Assembly (NCBI GenBank): GCA_951812955.1
Contig: OX638340.1
Location: 480,001-544,000, forward strand
DNA from: an uncultured Gemmatimonadota bacterium
Lineage (GTDB): Bacteria > JAAXHH01
Length of the DNA stretch: 64,000 bases
Direction of reading: 5' to 3'
The position numbers and the translations under genes were made by a program. Within the stretch, counting starts at the first letter, position 1. Each line of letters opens with the position of its first letter. The notes beneath the pieces are model-generated. The model searched no databases, was not told the DNA's origin, and worked only from the letters and a program-made list of their open reading frames with translations. Below, one piece after another: positions 14,984 to 24,710 of this stretch.

Positions 14984-17038
14984 CTATTCGCCTTCTTCTG
15001 CTTCGGGTTCTTCACCCAGTTTCAACGCGACCAGTTCGGCGGGATGGCCGCTGGCGCCTACGGTCATGATGATGTACTGCACGTCGTTATGCATATAGGT
15101 CATGGGCATGCCGCTCTGGGAGGCGGGCAGTTCGATTGAGGCAACGACCTCGCCCGTCGCCTTGTCGTAGGCATGGAAATACGGATCACCGCCGTAACCT
15201 TCACCGGCGAAGAGCAGCGTGCTCGTCACCAGGGAACCGATCCGGGTGGCCTTGCCGGTCTTCGGAAGATCGACACCGGCGAGCTCGGGCAGATCCTTGA
15301 TGGCCTGCGGCGTATCTCCGTTCGGCGCCATCCATACGTGGTCGCCCGAATTCATGTCGACCGCGGTGATGCGGCCCCAGGGCGGCTTGACCAGCGGAAT
15401 CTCTCCGAATACTCTCGGCGCACGCAGACCGGCCGAGAAGTAGTCCATGTCCGATTCTTCAGGATCCGGCGCACGTAACGCCAGTTTGGAAATGCTGGTG
15501 TTGGAGGGGATGAAGTTCACGCCGGAAACCGGATCCAGGCAGGTCATGTTCCAGTTGACCCCGCCATTGGCGCCCGGGATCTGAATCGTCCCGATCGTTC
15601 CATCCGGCGCCTCGGCAAGGGATGGAGGCTGGAAAAGCGGACCATACCGGTGATTCCCCATCAGGTTGATCGCTTCCTGGCGGACCGCAGGCGTGAAGTC
15701 GACCAGATCGTCCTGACTGATGCCCTGGTGTTCCCAGGGAGCCGGCTTGACAGGGATCGGCTGCGTGGGTGACGCCCGGTCGCCGGGCACGTCGCTCGCA
15801 GGAACGTCCGTCTCGGGCATATCCCAGATCGGTTCGCCGGTCACCCGGTCGAAGACATAGGAATACCCCTGCTTGGTGTTCTGGATAACGATCTTCCGAG
15901 CCTCGCCGTCGATCATTACGTCGGCCAGGATCGGCGCGGCGGGGTTGTCGTAATCCCAGATGTCATGGTGGACGATCTGGAAGTGCCAGATCTTCTCGCC
16001 GGTGTTGTAATCGACGGCCACCAGGCTGTTAGCGAACAGGTTGTCACCCAGGCGGTGTCCACCGTAATAGTCGTTCGTCGGCGCTTCGATGGGCAGATAC
16101 GCATAGCCCAGTTCCTCGTCGACTGAAATGGAGGTCCACACGCCGGCGTTCCCGGTATAGGACTTCGAATTCTGCTCCCAGGTTTCGGATCCTTCCTCGC
16201 CCTCCTCCGGTATGACCTTGAACTTCCAGACGATCGCGCCGGTTCGGGCGTCGTAGGCCACGACGTCACCAGGTGAATTGGTCATCGACCTTGGCCGGAA
16301 TCCCGCGGCGAGCGCGGGCGGAACGAGAACGAGATCCCCCACGACCGTCGCGGGAGACGTATTCGCCAGGTTGCCCACCGGGCTGACGTTTTCCGAATTT
16401 CGCCAGCCTTCCATCATGTCGACGACGCCGTTATTGCCGAAACCGGACACGGGGATCCCCGTATCAGCGTCTAGGGCTACCAGGTAGAATCCCCGGGTGA
16501 TCAGGATGACGCGGTTGTCGCCCTGGCCGTCGGTCCAGAAGGAGACGCCGCGGCCCGAATTGCGTCGGGGAGCCGAAGCCCAGCGTTCTTCGTCCTCGAC
16601 CGGCCGGTAGGTCCACATCGTCTCGCCCGTTTCAGGCTCGATGGCCATGGCACTGCGCCGCGTGCCCGCCGTGGAATACAGCATGCCGTCGACATAGATC
16701 GGCACAGGCTGCGCATAGAACTCGGGCCGGGGGCCGAAGTTGTCTTGTTTCCACGTCCAGGCGACCTCGAGACGGCCCACATTATCCGCGTTGACCTGAT
16801 CCAGCGGAGAATACCGCGTGTAGGCCAGGTCGCGACCGAGCATGCGCCATTCGCTGTCGGACTGCTCAACGGATATAATCCTGCCCGGCTGTCTCTCGAC
16901 CGCGGGTTCGCACGCTGAAACTACCAGGAACGCCAGAACCAGGCCAATCGCCGGGGGCGTCCATCGACACATACGGAAATATCGGATCATTACGCACTGC
17001 CTCCCATGATACAAATTAAATGATGCCGCGAATCGCAT
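14984..17038 (-). CDS. PQQ-dependent dehydrogenase (quinoprotein), secreted or lipoprotein
   Basis: A 684-aa protein with repeated W-containing beta-propeller motifs (AWTWKQD, WTY, WHFQ) typical of the PQQ quinoprotein dehydrogenase family. The N-terminus is signal- or lipobox-like (LVVSAC). Confidence 0.8.
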   Translation of the reverse strand: MRFAASFNLYHGRQCVMIRYFRMCRWTPPAIGLVLAFLVVSACEPAVERQPGRIISVEQSDSEWRMLGRDLAYTRYSPLDQVNADNVGRLEVAWTWKQDNFGPRPEFYAQPVPIYVDGMLYSTAGTRRSAMAIEPETGETMWTYRPVEDEERWASAPRRNSGRGVSFWTDGQGDNRVILITRGFYLVALDADTGIPVSGFGNNGVVDMMEGWRNSENVSPVGNLANTSPATVVGDLVLVPPALAAGFRPRSMTNSPGDVVAYDARTGAIVWKFKVIPEEGEEGSETWEQNSKSYTGNAGVWTSISVDEELGYAYLPIEAPTNDYYGGHRLGDNLFANSLVAVDYNTGEKIWHFQIVHHDIWDYDNPAAPILADVMIDGEARKIVIQNTKQGYSYVFDRVTGEPIWDMPETDVPASDVPGDRASPTQPIPVKPAPWEHQGISQDDLVDFTPAVRQEAINLMGNHRYGPLFQPPSLAEAPDGTIGTIQIPGANGGVNWNMTCLDPVSGVNFIPSNTSISKLALRAPDPEESDMDYFSAGLRAPRVFGEIPLVKPPWGRITAVDMNSGDHVWMAPNGDTPQAIKDLPELAGVDLPKTGKATRIGSLVTSTLLFAGEGYGGDPYFHAYDKATGEVVASIELPASQSGMPMTYMHNDVQYIIMTVGASGHPAELVALKLGEEPEAEEGE

Positions 17039-17246
17039 GGAAACCTGTCCGGATACGGGGATACCGGATCACACAGCAACAGGTCTGGCCTGCATGCCTT
17101 GGATTCCACGAATGCTCTGCAATTCAAACGCGATTTAACGCAAGTATCTCACCAATGTATTTGTCCGGATTACTGATGTAAAGCCCTTTGTGTCTGGTAC
17201 CGCCCGACGGCGCCGGTCTCGAAGGTGGTTTCACCGCGCAGGCGTC

Positions 17247-17855
17247 TCATCCCGGCAAAATGTAACTTTCCAATTCGTACTTGAGTCCATCGAGCGTCGC
17301 GTAATGATAACCGTGGATTCCGATTCCGGTTGCGGCGTCGACGTTTTCGATTTTGTCGTCGATGAACAGCGCCTCGCCCGGTTTGACACTTAAAAGATCT
17401 AACGCCGCATTGAATATCCCGGGATGAGGTTTGGCATGGCCGATCGAAGAGGAGTTGACTATGTGGTCGAATGTCCGGCTGATTCCCAGCCGCTTGAGAT
17501 CGGTTTCAAGCCGGGTCGTGGCATTCGTGACGAGCACCAGGCTCGCGCATTCGCGGCATTCCTGCAGAAGTTCCAGCACGTCGGTATCGATCTCGCCCGG
17601 CGAAAGAGACCACAATCGCACCGCTTCCGCCGCGTCTGCATCCGGAAAACGAAGCTGAAGACGTTCGGCAACCTCCGTCCTCCAGCTGGAATCCGAAATC
17701 CGGCCGGTGATGGCGCGTACCAGCAAGTCGGGTTCGAATGCAGTATTGGGAAGCGCGTCACGGGGAAGACCCGCGGCAGCTTCGGCCTGTTGAATGATCT
17801 CGGGGTCCCACTTGCGAACAACGCCGTCCAGATCTGTCAGAACCGCCTTGATCAT
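17247..17855 (-). CDS. HAD-superfamily hydrolase
   Basis: A 202-aa protein with the LTDLDGVV motif I, a conserved T/S motif II, and a C-terminal K...FIDD motif. Confidence 0.75.
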   Translation of the reverse strand: MIKAVLTDLDGVVRKWDPEIIQQAEAAAGLPRDALPNTAFEPDLLVRAITGRISDSSWRTEVAERLQLRFPDADAAEAVRLWSLSPGEIDTDVLELLQECRECASLVLVTNATTRLETDLKRLGISRTFDHIVNSSSIGHAKPHPGIFNAALDLLSVKPGEALFIDDKIENVDAATGIGIHGYHYATLDGLKYELESYILPG

Positions 17856-17858
17856 GGA

Positions 17859-19640
17859 TCAATATCTTCTCGGCCAGGGCATCTTGGGCGGACCGAAATC
17901 CGGCTCGCCCAGCAAGGGGGTCGACAGGCAGTAGAATCCGTGGTTGGCGAACAGCCAGACCAGGTTGCGGTCGTATTCCACATAGATGCCATGGGTCAGA
18001 TTGCCCAGTGCGTAGTCCGGGGTCCGGGATGGATCGAATTTCGGCACGAAGAAAGCGGTGATTTTCGGGTCGGAAAGGTCGGAGACATCGAAAACCTGAA
18101 CGCCGGCGTTGTAAAAGGCATAGAGAAGGATGTCTTCCTTGGGTGTACCGGGCTGGGTATAATAGCCGCTTCGTTTCGGACCGAAACTCCCGCGCCGCTG
18201 CACGAAATCCGTGAAGGGGGCGTCCGCGGGCGGTACCGGTCGGGGCAACGTGCCAAGCAGCCTGGGATTGGCGGGATCATTCACGTCGATCATGAAGATG
18301 TCTTTATACGGCTCCCAACCGTCCTCGTTCAGGGGATATCCGGAAAAATAGACCACACCGGTCTTTTCCATCTGCGTTACGTTGATGTAATCTCCCTCCG
18401 TGCCTGCTACGCTCGGGGGAAAGTTCAGGTGCCCCAGCGCCTTGATATCTGCCGGGTCCGATAGGTCCAGCGCGTAGAACCCGAGGCCGCCCATGGCGGC
18501 GTATCCGTACCTGCCGCCTTCTTCAACCGGTTTGGGCATGAAAATCGACATGCGGGCGCCGAACCAGGATGTCCGGTTGCCGGCGCGGGGATTGGCCCGG
18601 TAGGCGGCTTCATCTTCTGGATTCCCAAGTCTCTGGCCAGGTACGTTGAACTGGCTGATAAACACCGGATTGGCCGGGTCGGACATGTCCCAGGCCTGGT
18701 AGCCGGCCGAGTACAGGTCGCTCGGGTATTCGGTAAGCGCGTATTCCGCACTGGGCGCCGCGGCAACGAACATGTACTCGCCGCCGTGATAGGCGGGAAT
18801 ATCCCGAACGCCGGATCCCTGTTGCTGCCCGACAGGCGCATCGGGGTTTTCGTAGTCGGTGGTTCGCTCCGCCAGCAGCGTCCAGTCCGCCGGCAGGGGG
18901 CCGTTCATTTCATATACCTTGAATCCCTTGAGGTGATTGGCGTTTCGAATGGCTTCCACCTTGTCGGGTTCCGTGCGCTTGTCGTTGAGGACGCCGAAGC
19001 GGCGGATCTCGAAGGCCTGGACCATGACGTACTTGTCCAGGTCCTCGTTCCACTGGATGGACGCGGCGCCGAACATGTCGCCTTCGTCATAGGGGTTGAC
19101 CTCTTCGCCCGGTCCTTCCCCGGTCCAGGTGCTTCCCTTCTCGTGTACGACCTTCAAATCCTTCGGATCGGTGATATCATAGATTTTCAGGGCGCGGCGG
19201 ACGTACTGGTACATGTATCGTCGGCCGTCGAAATCGACGATGTTCTGCCAGGTATGGAACGGTTCGACCGTGATCGGGTAGTAGGCCTCGACGGTCATGT
19301 CCTTCGCGTACTCGTTCGTATCCCAGTAGTCTAGCTGGCCTTCAAATGGTTTGGATTCATGCTGATGGGGCGTGGCCGCCGGGTAGATGAATCGGCCGGT
19401 TTCCGGATCCATGCCGTAACCGGCGGGATCGGGTTCGGGTGGCGTACGGTCCTCCGCCAGCGCGTCGGCCCGGATGACGTATTCGTCGGTAACGGGCGGC
19501 GGTGCAGGCGTCTCACTGTCTGGGGAAGTACCGCAGGCCAGGGCCGCACTCAGGCAAATAACAATTCCAATGAGTGTAGTCTTGTCGCGTAAATGGCGAT
19601 GGTTCGATACATCAGCGTGGCGTTTTGGATTCATTAGCAT
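17859..19640 (-). CDS. Lipoprotein with LVIVD-type beta-propeller repeats, function unknown
   Basis: A 593-aa protein with a lipobox (LSAALACG). It has repeated D.SDPANP...G motifs, for example DLSDPADIKALG and DVNDPANPRLLG. Confidence 0.5.
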   Translation of the reverse strand: MLMNPKRHADVSNHRHLRDKTTLIGIVICLSAALACGTSPDSETPAPPPVTDEYVIRADALAEDRTPPEPDPAGYGMDPETGRFIYPAATPHQHESKPFEGQLDYWDTNEYAKDMTVEAYYPITVEPFHTWQNIVDFDGRRYMYQYVRRALKIYDITDPKDLKVVHEKGSTWTGEGPGEEVNPYDEGDMFGAASIQWNEDLDKYVMVQAFEIRRFGVLNDKRTEPDKVEAIRNANHLKGFKVYEMNGPLPADWTLLAERTTDYENPDAPVGQQQGSGVRDIPAYHGGEYMFVAAAPSAEYALTEYPSDLYSAGYQAWDMSDPANPVFISQFNVPGQRLGNPEDEAAYRANPRAGNRTSWFGARMSIFMPKPVEEGGRYGYAAMGGLGFYALDLSDPADIKALGHLNFPPSVAGTEGDYINVTQMEKTGVVYFSGYPLNEDGWEPYKDIFMIDVNDPANPRLLGTLPRPVPPADAPFTDFVQRRGSFGPKRSGYYTQPGTPKEDILLYAFYNAGVQVFDVSDLSDPKITAFFVPKFDPSRTPDYALGNLTHGIYVEYDRNLVWLFANHGFYCLSTPLLGEPDFGPPKMPWPRRY

Positions 19641-19662
19641 GGCTATCCTTCGATCACCCGGC

Positions 19663-20781
19663 TTAAGGTTTGGCTAACATGGGGGTAACAAGCTTTCCGA
19701 TGCCTTCGATCTCCATTTCTACCACGTCCCCCGGCTTGAGATACTCGGGCGGATTGCGGGCCCTTCCCACGCCGTCCGGCGTGCCCGTGGCAATCACGTC
19801 GCCCGGATAGAGGGTTTGCACAGAGGTCAGGTACCGGATCATGTGCGCCTCGTCGTAGATCATGTAGCTGGTATTGCTGTCCTGCTTGATCACGCCATTG
19901 ATCCAGGTCCTGATCTCGAGGTCATCATGCTGGATGAACTCTTTGGGCACGATGTACGGACCGAAAGGCGCGGCGCGGTCGCTGCTCTTGCTATTGAACC
20001 AGTTCGGCCCGGGGAACATCCGGTTTATCGGTTTCAGTCCGGAACCGCCCCGGCGGCTGACGTCGAACACGATGCTGTAGCCGAAGACGTAATCGTGGGC
20101 GTTCTCCAGGGTAAGGTCTAGGGCCGGCCTGCCGATGATAATGGCCAGTTCGGCTTCCCAGTCGATGTTGACGTCACTGGGGACGTAGTACGGTTCGCCC
20201 GGATCGATAATGGTTGAGCGGGGCGACTTGGCGAAGAAGTATGGTTCTTCCGCGTCCACGTCCACTTCCACGGCGGCGAATCCCGCGCCACCGATGGCCG
20301 AATCCTCCATCTCGTCCGCATGGGCCCGGTAGTTGGCCGCCGCCGCAAGCAGGTTGTAGGGGTACTTGATCGGGGCCTTGATGGACACGTCGTCCGGGTC
20401 GAAGACGAAGGGCAGGTTCCCGCCCGCCAACCGGTTCTCCGTTCCCATGTAGTTTGCGATCATGTACATACGGTTGGATACGCCGTCGTACTGCTCGATC
20501 AACGCCCGCATTTCCTTTGGAATGGAGACGATGGAAAGCCCGAGCTGCCGGGTGACATAGGCATTCGCCTCGTGCAGGTCCATCAGCTTTTCCTGGTCCG
20601 CCTGGTCCGCCTGGACGAGCATGCCGATACGGATGGCCCCCGTGGCCTCGAAGGTGGCGAGCTTGAAGGGCGTGTCTGGCTGGTCGGATACCTGGGACCG
20701 GGCTGTGCCAGGGAAAGACAGCAGGAGCATGCTGACTAAGTATACGGTAACGACCGCCAGTAGCCTCATCTGCTTCGACAT
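19663..20781 (-). CDS. Fumarylacetoacetate hydrolase (FAH) family protein, with a signal peptide
   Basis: A 372-aa protein with a FAH-fold signature (D.EAELAIIIG...P.G.G) and metal-binding acidic residues. The N-terminus is signal-peptide-like. Confidence 0.8.
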   Translation of the reverse strand: MSKQMRLLAVVTVYLVSMLLLSFPGTARSQVSDQPDTPFKLATFEATGAIRIGMLVQADQADQEKLMDLHEANAYVTRQLGLSIVSIPKEMRALIEQYDGVSNRMYMIANYMGTENRLAGGNLPFVFDPDDVSIKAPIKYPYNLLAAAANYRAHADEMEDSAIGGAGFAAVEVDVDAEEPYFFAKSPRSTIIDPGEPYYVPSDVNIDWEAELAIIIGRPALDLTLENAHDYVFGYSIVFDVSRRGGSGLKPINRMFPGPNWFNSKSSDRAAPFGPYIVPKEFIQHDDLEIRTWINGVIKQDSNTSYMIYDEAHMIRYLTSVQTLYPGDVIATGTPDGVGRARNPPEYLKPGDVVEMEIEGIGKLVTPMLAKP

Positions 20782-20976
20782 ATGTAGCTTCTCCTGGATA
20801 ATGGGTCCAACCGGCGCGCATGTATTCAGCCGCAGGGCGGATCAGTACACCGGTTGGCCGTGTTGCGTTTTTGGCGGTATGCCGGACTTCCAGGCCAGGA
20901 TTTTGCGGAGAACAACCGGGCTCAGAAGCAGTGAGGAAGGATGAAAAACAAGTCGTAAGAATCTGGAAATATCGGA

Positions 20977-21051
20977 TCGGGGCGGGGAGATTTGAACTCC
21001 CGACCTCCTGCTCCCGAAGCAGGCGCGCTGACCGGGCTGCGCTACGCCCCG
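20977..21051 (-). tRNA. tRNA-Pro (anticodon CGG)
   Basis: The minus-strand reverse complement CGGGGCGTAGCGCAGCCCGGTCAGCGCGCCTGCTTCGGGAGCAGGAGGTCGGGAGTTCAAATCTCCCCGCCCCGA folds as a cloverleaf. The anticodon loop is UUCGGGA, there is a GTTCAAATC T-arm, and there is no encoded CCA. Confidence 0.8.
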
Positions 21052-21099
21052 ATATGTGTACAAACAGGAGCAAGGACCCGGCGGGCTGCCTTGCCGAAA

Positions 21100-21173
21100 T
21101 CGGGGCGACTGGATTTGAACCAGCGACCACCAGCCCCCCATGCTGGTGCGCTACCTGACTGCGCTACGCCCCG
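21100..21173 (-). tRNA. tRNA-Pro (anticodon GGG)
   Basis: The reverse complement is CGGGGCGTAGCGCAGTCAGGTAGCGCACCAGCATGGGGGGCTGGTGGTCGCTGGTTCAAATCCAGTCGCCCCGA. The anticodon loop is AUGGGGG. Confidence 0.75.
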
Positions 21174-21252
21174 AAACTTCGGCGTGTAATTTACGGAGGC
21201 AGGGGGTTTCAGGCAAGGGAATTTTTCGGTGTCAGATCGTGGTCCGGCGTGG

Positions 21253-22209
21253 TCACATACGGCCGCGTGCCTGTTCGACAAACCATAGGTGGTCGGCGCG
21301 GATCAGGGATTCGTCCCGTTCGGCAGTGGCGAGAAAACCGAGTTTGTTCACGACGCGCAGAGCGGTGTACAGGTCCCACCACGGCAGGCAGCCGAAGTCC
21401 ACCCGATTCACGGATTCGTAGTACCGGGTGAAGGCGTCCATTATGTCTGGTCCGTAGAGCATCAGGATCTCGAACCGGGCATTCGACACGTCGTAGAGGG
21501 GATCCCCCAGGCGCGTGTCTTCCCAGTCGATGACCGCAGTGAGCCGGCCATCCCGCCAGAGCGTATTCCCCGGCCAGTAGTCTCCGTGCAGGACGACCGG
21601 AGTGTTATTCAAGGACAACGGCCAGCGTGGATTAAGCAGATCCAGCAAAGTACGTTCATCGGCCGAGACCAGGGCAGGATCACTTTTTCTACAAAACGCT
21701 TCGGTACAGTCATCCTCCAGCTTCAGCAGGAAATCGAGATCCCGTCCGGCCAGATCCATCTGGTGGACCTTGGCCAGTTCGCCCGCCATCTGCATCACGT
21801 AGTCCGTGGGATCATCGGGTTTCAGGTCGGTAACGCCTTCCATGTATTCCACGACGAGGGACGGCGTAGAGAACAATGGGTCGTTCGAGTCCAGGTAAAC
21901 CGGATTGGGCGTGGCCAGGCCTGCCGCGTGCGTTAACTGAAGGACCCGGAACTCGTCCGCGGCCACGTTCGGGTTCTGCTGAAGGTCGACCTCGCCGTGC
22001 AGACGGTGAATGAGTTTCCTCATCGTACCATCCGATAACTCGATTTCCAGGACGGTCACGTCGGCCGAATAACCACCGGGCAGGCTGAGATGGCGCTTCA
22101 GCCTGGCGTGCGGATTGAATCTGTGGACCAGTTTCTCGAACCGACTGGATTCGTCTACAGTTGCCATGTGTCTCAAGTACAGTTGGTTTCCCGACCAAGC
22201 CCGGACCAT
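21253..22209 (-). CDS. Phosphotransferase-family (APH-like) kinase
   Basis: It carries VLHGDYWPGN (catalytic HGD..N) and DWEDTRLGDP (the DxD metal-binding motif) of the aminoglycoside/choline kinase fold. The likely start is the internal MATVDES. Confidence 0.7.
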   Translation of the reverse strand: MVRAWSGNQLYLRHMATVDESSRFEKLVHRFNPHARLKRHLSLPGGYSADVTVLEIELSDGTMRKLIHRLHGEVDLQQNPNVAADEFRVLQLTHAAGLATPNPVYLDSNDPLFSTPSLVVEYMEGVTDLKPDDPTDYVMQMAGELAKVHQMDLAGRDLDFLLKLEDDCTEAFCRKSDPALVSADERTLLDLLNPRWPLSLNNTPVVLHGDYWPGNTLWRDGRLTAVIDWEDTRLGDPLYDVSNARFEILMLYGPDIMDAFTRYYESVNRVDFGCLPWWDLYTALRVVNKLGFLATAERDESLIRADHLWFVEQARGRM

Positions 22210-22300
22210 ACCGGACTAAACCGACCGATCCGGCCCAAACCGACCGATCCGGCCCAAACCGACCTATTCTGACCCAACCAGACCGATCTGGACCGGACAT
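22196..22300. repeat. Degenerate tandem 19-20-nt repeats in an intergenic region
   Basis: aaaccgaccgatccggccc appears twice exactly. It is flanked by diverged copies: aagcccggaccataccggact, aaaccgacctattctgaccc and aaccagaccgatctggacc. Confidence 0.75.
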
Positions 22301-22320
22301 TCCAGTTCGCCGAAGGATGC

Positions 22321-23769
22321 CTATTCACCCGGGTAGTCGATCGCCCACCTACCCTCGAGATTTCCGCTGCCGCTCGTTCTGCTCCAGAGGGAAACCACGT
22401 CGGCCGGTGCGTTGTTTTCCGCAAGATGAGCAAGAAACAGTGCGTGCAGGTCATCCAGTGTGTCCACGTTGTCGTCGGCGATATTGTTTTGGGTCAGGCG
22501 GTCATTCGAAAGGTCGTAGAGCTCAGGCCTGCCGTCGGCTCCGACCGGTGCGTAACCCCAACGATCCGTAACGAGGAATGGCGTCGTGGCCCGTCGGGGC
22601 AGGCCGTCACCCGGCATCGCGATGTGGCATCCGCTGACTGCGTAGTCGCGATGGGTCGGCCGGCCATCCAGCACGGCGGGGGCGAAGGAGGCTCCATCGA
22701 AAGGCTTCGGTGGTTCGACCGTGACGGCGGCCAGGTCGCAGAGACTCGGGAACAGGTCGATTGTCTGTGCGATCAGGGGCAGCCGCGTACCTCGGGGTAC
22801 CGCGCCTCCGGCCAGCATCAGCATGACGTGGCCGATCTCCGGGTAGATGGGCCAGTACCTGCCGTCGTCCTCCTGAATGTTTGATTTCCCGGTCCGATCG
22901 TGTTCTCCGATGGACATGCCGTGGTCCGACATGACGGCCACGATGGTGTCATCCCACAGTTCGAGGTCGTCGATCTTCCGCAGGACCTGGCCGATGTGAC
23001 GGTCCACGAGTTCCGCTTCTGCCGCATAATGGGCCCACAGGTTGTGAAGTTCCTCCGGCGTATAGGCGGACGATGGGCCGTAGTTCGGATGCAGCATGGG
23101 CGGACCCGAATAGTCGGGATCGTAGCGTCGCACCAGGTATTCCGGCGGATCCCAGGGTTCGTGGGGATCGAAGAAATCCACCCACAGGAAAAACGGGTTG
23201 GATTCGGCGTTCTCCTCGAGCCAGCGGATTGCGGTCTGCGCCGTCCCGGCCGAGAAGACTTCGGATTCATATCGGTAGTACCGGTTGAGCCAGCGGTGCT
23301 GGTTGACGAGCGTATGCCCGCGAAACCTGGGGTTTATACGGGTTTTTTCGTCCCGGACGACGACATCGACGGGGTCGTTGAGGTGGAGCAGCGGTTTGTC
23401 GCCTTCCTGTCCACGATGCTGGTACGCCGCGTCGAAACCATCGGGGAAACGGGCCTTGAACAGGTGGGGACAGTCACAGATCAACTGCGTGGCGTATCCC
23501 TGTTCGCCAAGCATCCTGCCAGCGTGGTTGGGACCGCTCCGGTCGATGGCCTGCCATCCGTAGTGGGGCCATCCCGTAACGCCCGTCGCAAAATCGGTCC
23601 GGTGCGGGATTGTGGGGAAGCTGCCCATGTGGCACCGCGTGATCTCCGTGGCCCGTTCCGCTCCGAAGCGATCCAGCTCGGGCGTGCGAACGGGACGCTC
23701 CGCACGGCTTCCCAGGTTGTCGTGGCGAAAGGTATCCGTAATGAGTACGACGATGTTCTTCGGCATCAT
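22321..23769 (-). CDS. Sulfatase-fold (alkaline-phosphatase superfamily) hydrolase with Thr at the nucleophile position
   Basis: A 482-aa protein with an N-terminal metal-binding D (LITDTFRHD). Where the C/S-x-P-x-R formylglycine motif would be, the sequence reads F-P-T-I-P-H-R. The C-terminal region of the sulfatase fold is present. Confidence 0.65.
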   Translation of the reverse strand: MMPKNIVVLITDTFRHDNLGSRAERPVRTPELDRFGAERATEITRCHMGSFPTIPHRTDFATGVTGWPHYGWQAIDRSGPNHAGRMLGEQGYATQLICDCPHLFKARFPDGFDAAYQHRGQEGDKPLLHLNDPVDVVVRDEKTRINPRFRGHTLVNQHRWLNRYYRYESEVFSAGTAQTAIRWLEENAESNPFFLWVDFFDPHEPWDPPEYLVRRYDPDYSGPPMLHPNYGPSSAYTPEELHNLWAHYAAEAELVDRHIGQVLRKIDDLELWDDTIVAVMSDHGMSIGEHDRTGKSNIQEDDGRYWPIYPEIGHVMLMLAGGAVPRGTRLPLIAQTIDLFPSLCDLAAVTVEPPKPFDGASFAPAVLDGRPTHRDYAVSGCHIAMPGDGLPRRATTPFLVTDRWGYAPVGADGRPELYDLSNDRLTQNNIADDNVDTLDDLHALFLAHLAENNAPADVVSLWSRTSGSGNLEGRWAIDYPGE

Positions 23770-23864
23770 AGCCCTTTCGAGTCCTGAAGTTGTGGGACAT
23801 TATGGACGCGCAAATCTGTATACATTGAATCAGGCCACCGGGAAACCGCGGTGTTTCCCCGTGC

Positions 23865-24710
23865 TCAACCGGCGATTCGGCAGGCATCCAGGTATAGGTC
23901 CACCGACGCTTTCAGGGTCATCTCCCCGCGCATCACCTGATCTTCATAGGCTCGGTACCAGCCTGGAATCAGCGACCGGGCTTCGCGGAATTCGGCGAGG
24001 ATGAGCCGGGCGAAGTCACCGCTCTCCTCCAGGTACCCGGAATCGTCGAAACACGCGATCGCCCGGGCCCGGTCATAGTCGAGCCGTATGATCTCAGCCT
24101 TCCACGCTCCATCCTCTAATGTCATCTGGGCATAGGCCGCGCGGGGATCGCCGTCGAAAGGCGCGCCTACCGCGCCCACGTTGACGACCAGGGTGCCGTC
24201 CACGTAACGGATCAGGGGCCGGTGCGTGTGTCCCACCAACAGGACCTTCGGCGCGGGAGCGATTTTCTCGCGCAGCGATTCTTCTGTATCATCGGGGAAG
24301 ATGCCCTTGCGGTCTCCCAGCATGGACGCGTGTACCATCCGGATCTCGTTTCCCGATTCGTCTATCATGTCCCACTGGACGGGTAAGTCCTCGAGCGGTT
24401 CGACGAGGCCGTTCAACTGGTCGAATGTCCATTTCGCGTGGCGGGTTATCTCGTATTCCGGGCCGTGTTCGGCCAGGGTCCCCTCAACGTATTTCAGGAC
24501 GTATCTTTCGTGGTTGCCCCGTATGACCGCCCAGTTTTCGGCCCTGGCGCGTCCGAGTACGCTTTCGGTGCAGGCGCGCGGATTCGGGCCCCGGTTGATT
24601 ATGTCGCCCGCGACGAGTACGCGATCGGGGCGCCAGCGATCAATATGGGCGAGGACGGTTTCCAGCGCGTCCAGGTTGCTGTGCACGTCGGCGAATACGG
24701 CGATCTTCAT
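23865..24710 (-). CDS. Calcineurin-like metallophosphoesterase
   Basis: It carries DVHSN, GDIINRGP, GNHE and GHTH motifs. Its stop overlaps the start of the 24707..26938 gene (ATGA). Confidence 0.85.
   Translation of the reverse strand: MKIAVFADVHSNLDALETVLAHIDRWRPDRVLVAGDIINRGPNPRACTESVLGRARAENWAVIRGNHERYVLKYVEGTLAEHGPEYEITRHAKWTFDQLNGLVEPLEDLPVQWDMIDESGNEIRMVHASMLGDRKGIFPDDTEESLREKIAPAPKVLLVGHTHRPLIRYVDGTLVVNVGAVGAPFDGDPRAAYAQMTLEDGAWKAEIIRLDYDRARAIACFDDSGYLEESGDFARLILAEFREARSLIPGWYRAYEDQVMRGEMTLKASVDLYLDACRIAG

Noticed and set aside
20174-21158. ORFs of 300 to 350 nt up to 318 aa overlapping the tRNA-Pro genes.
   Set aside because: They run through two well-folded tRNA sequences and have no protein-like composition.
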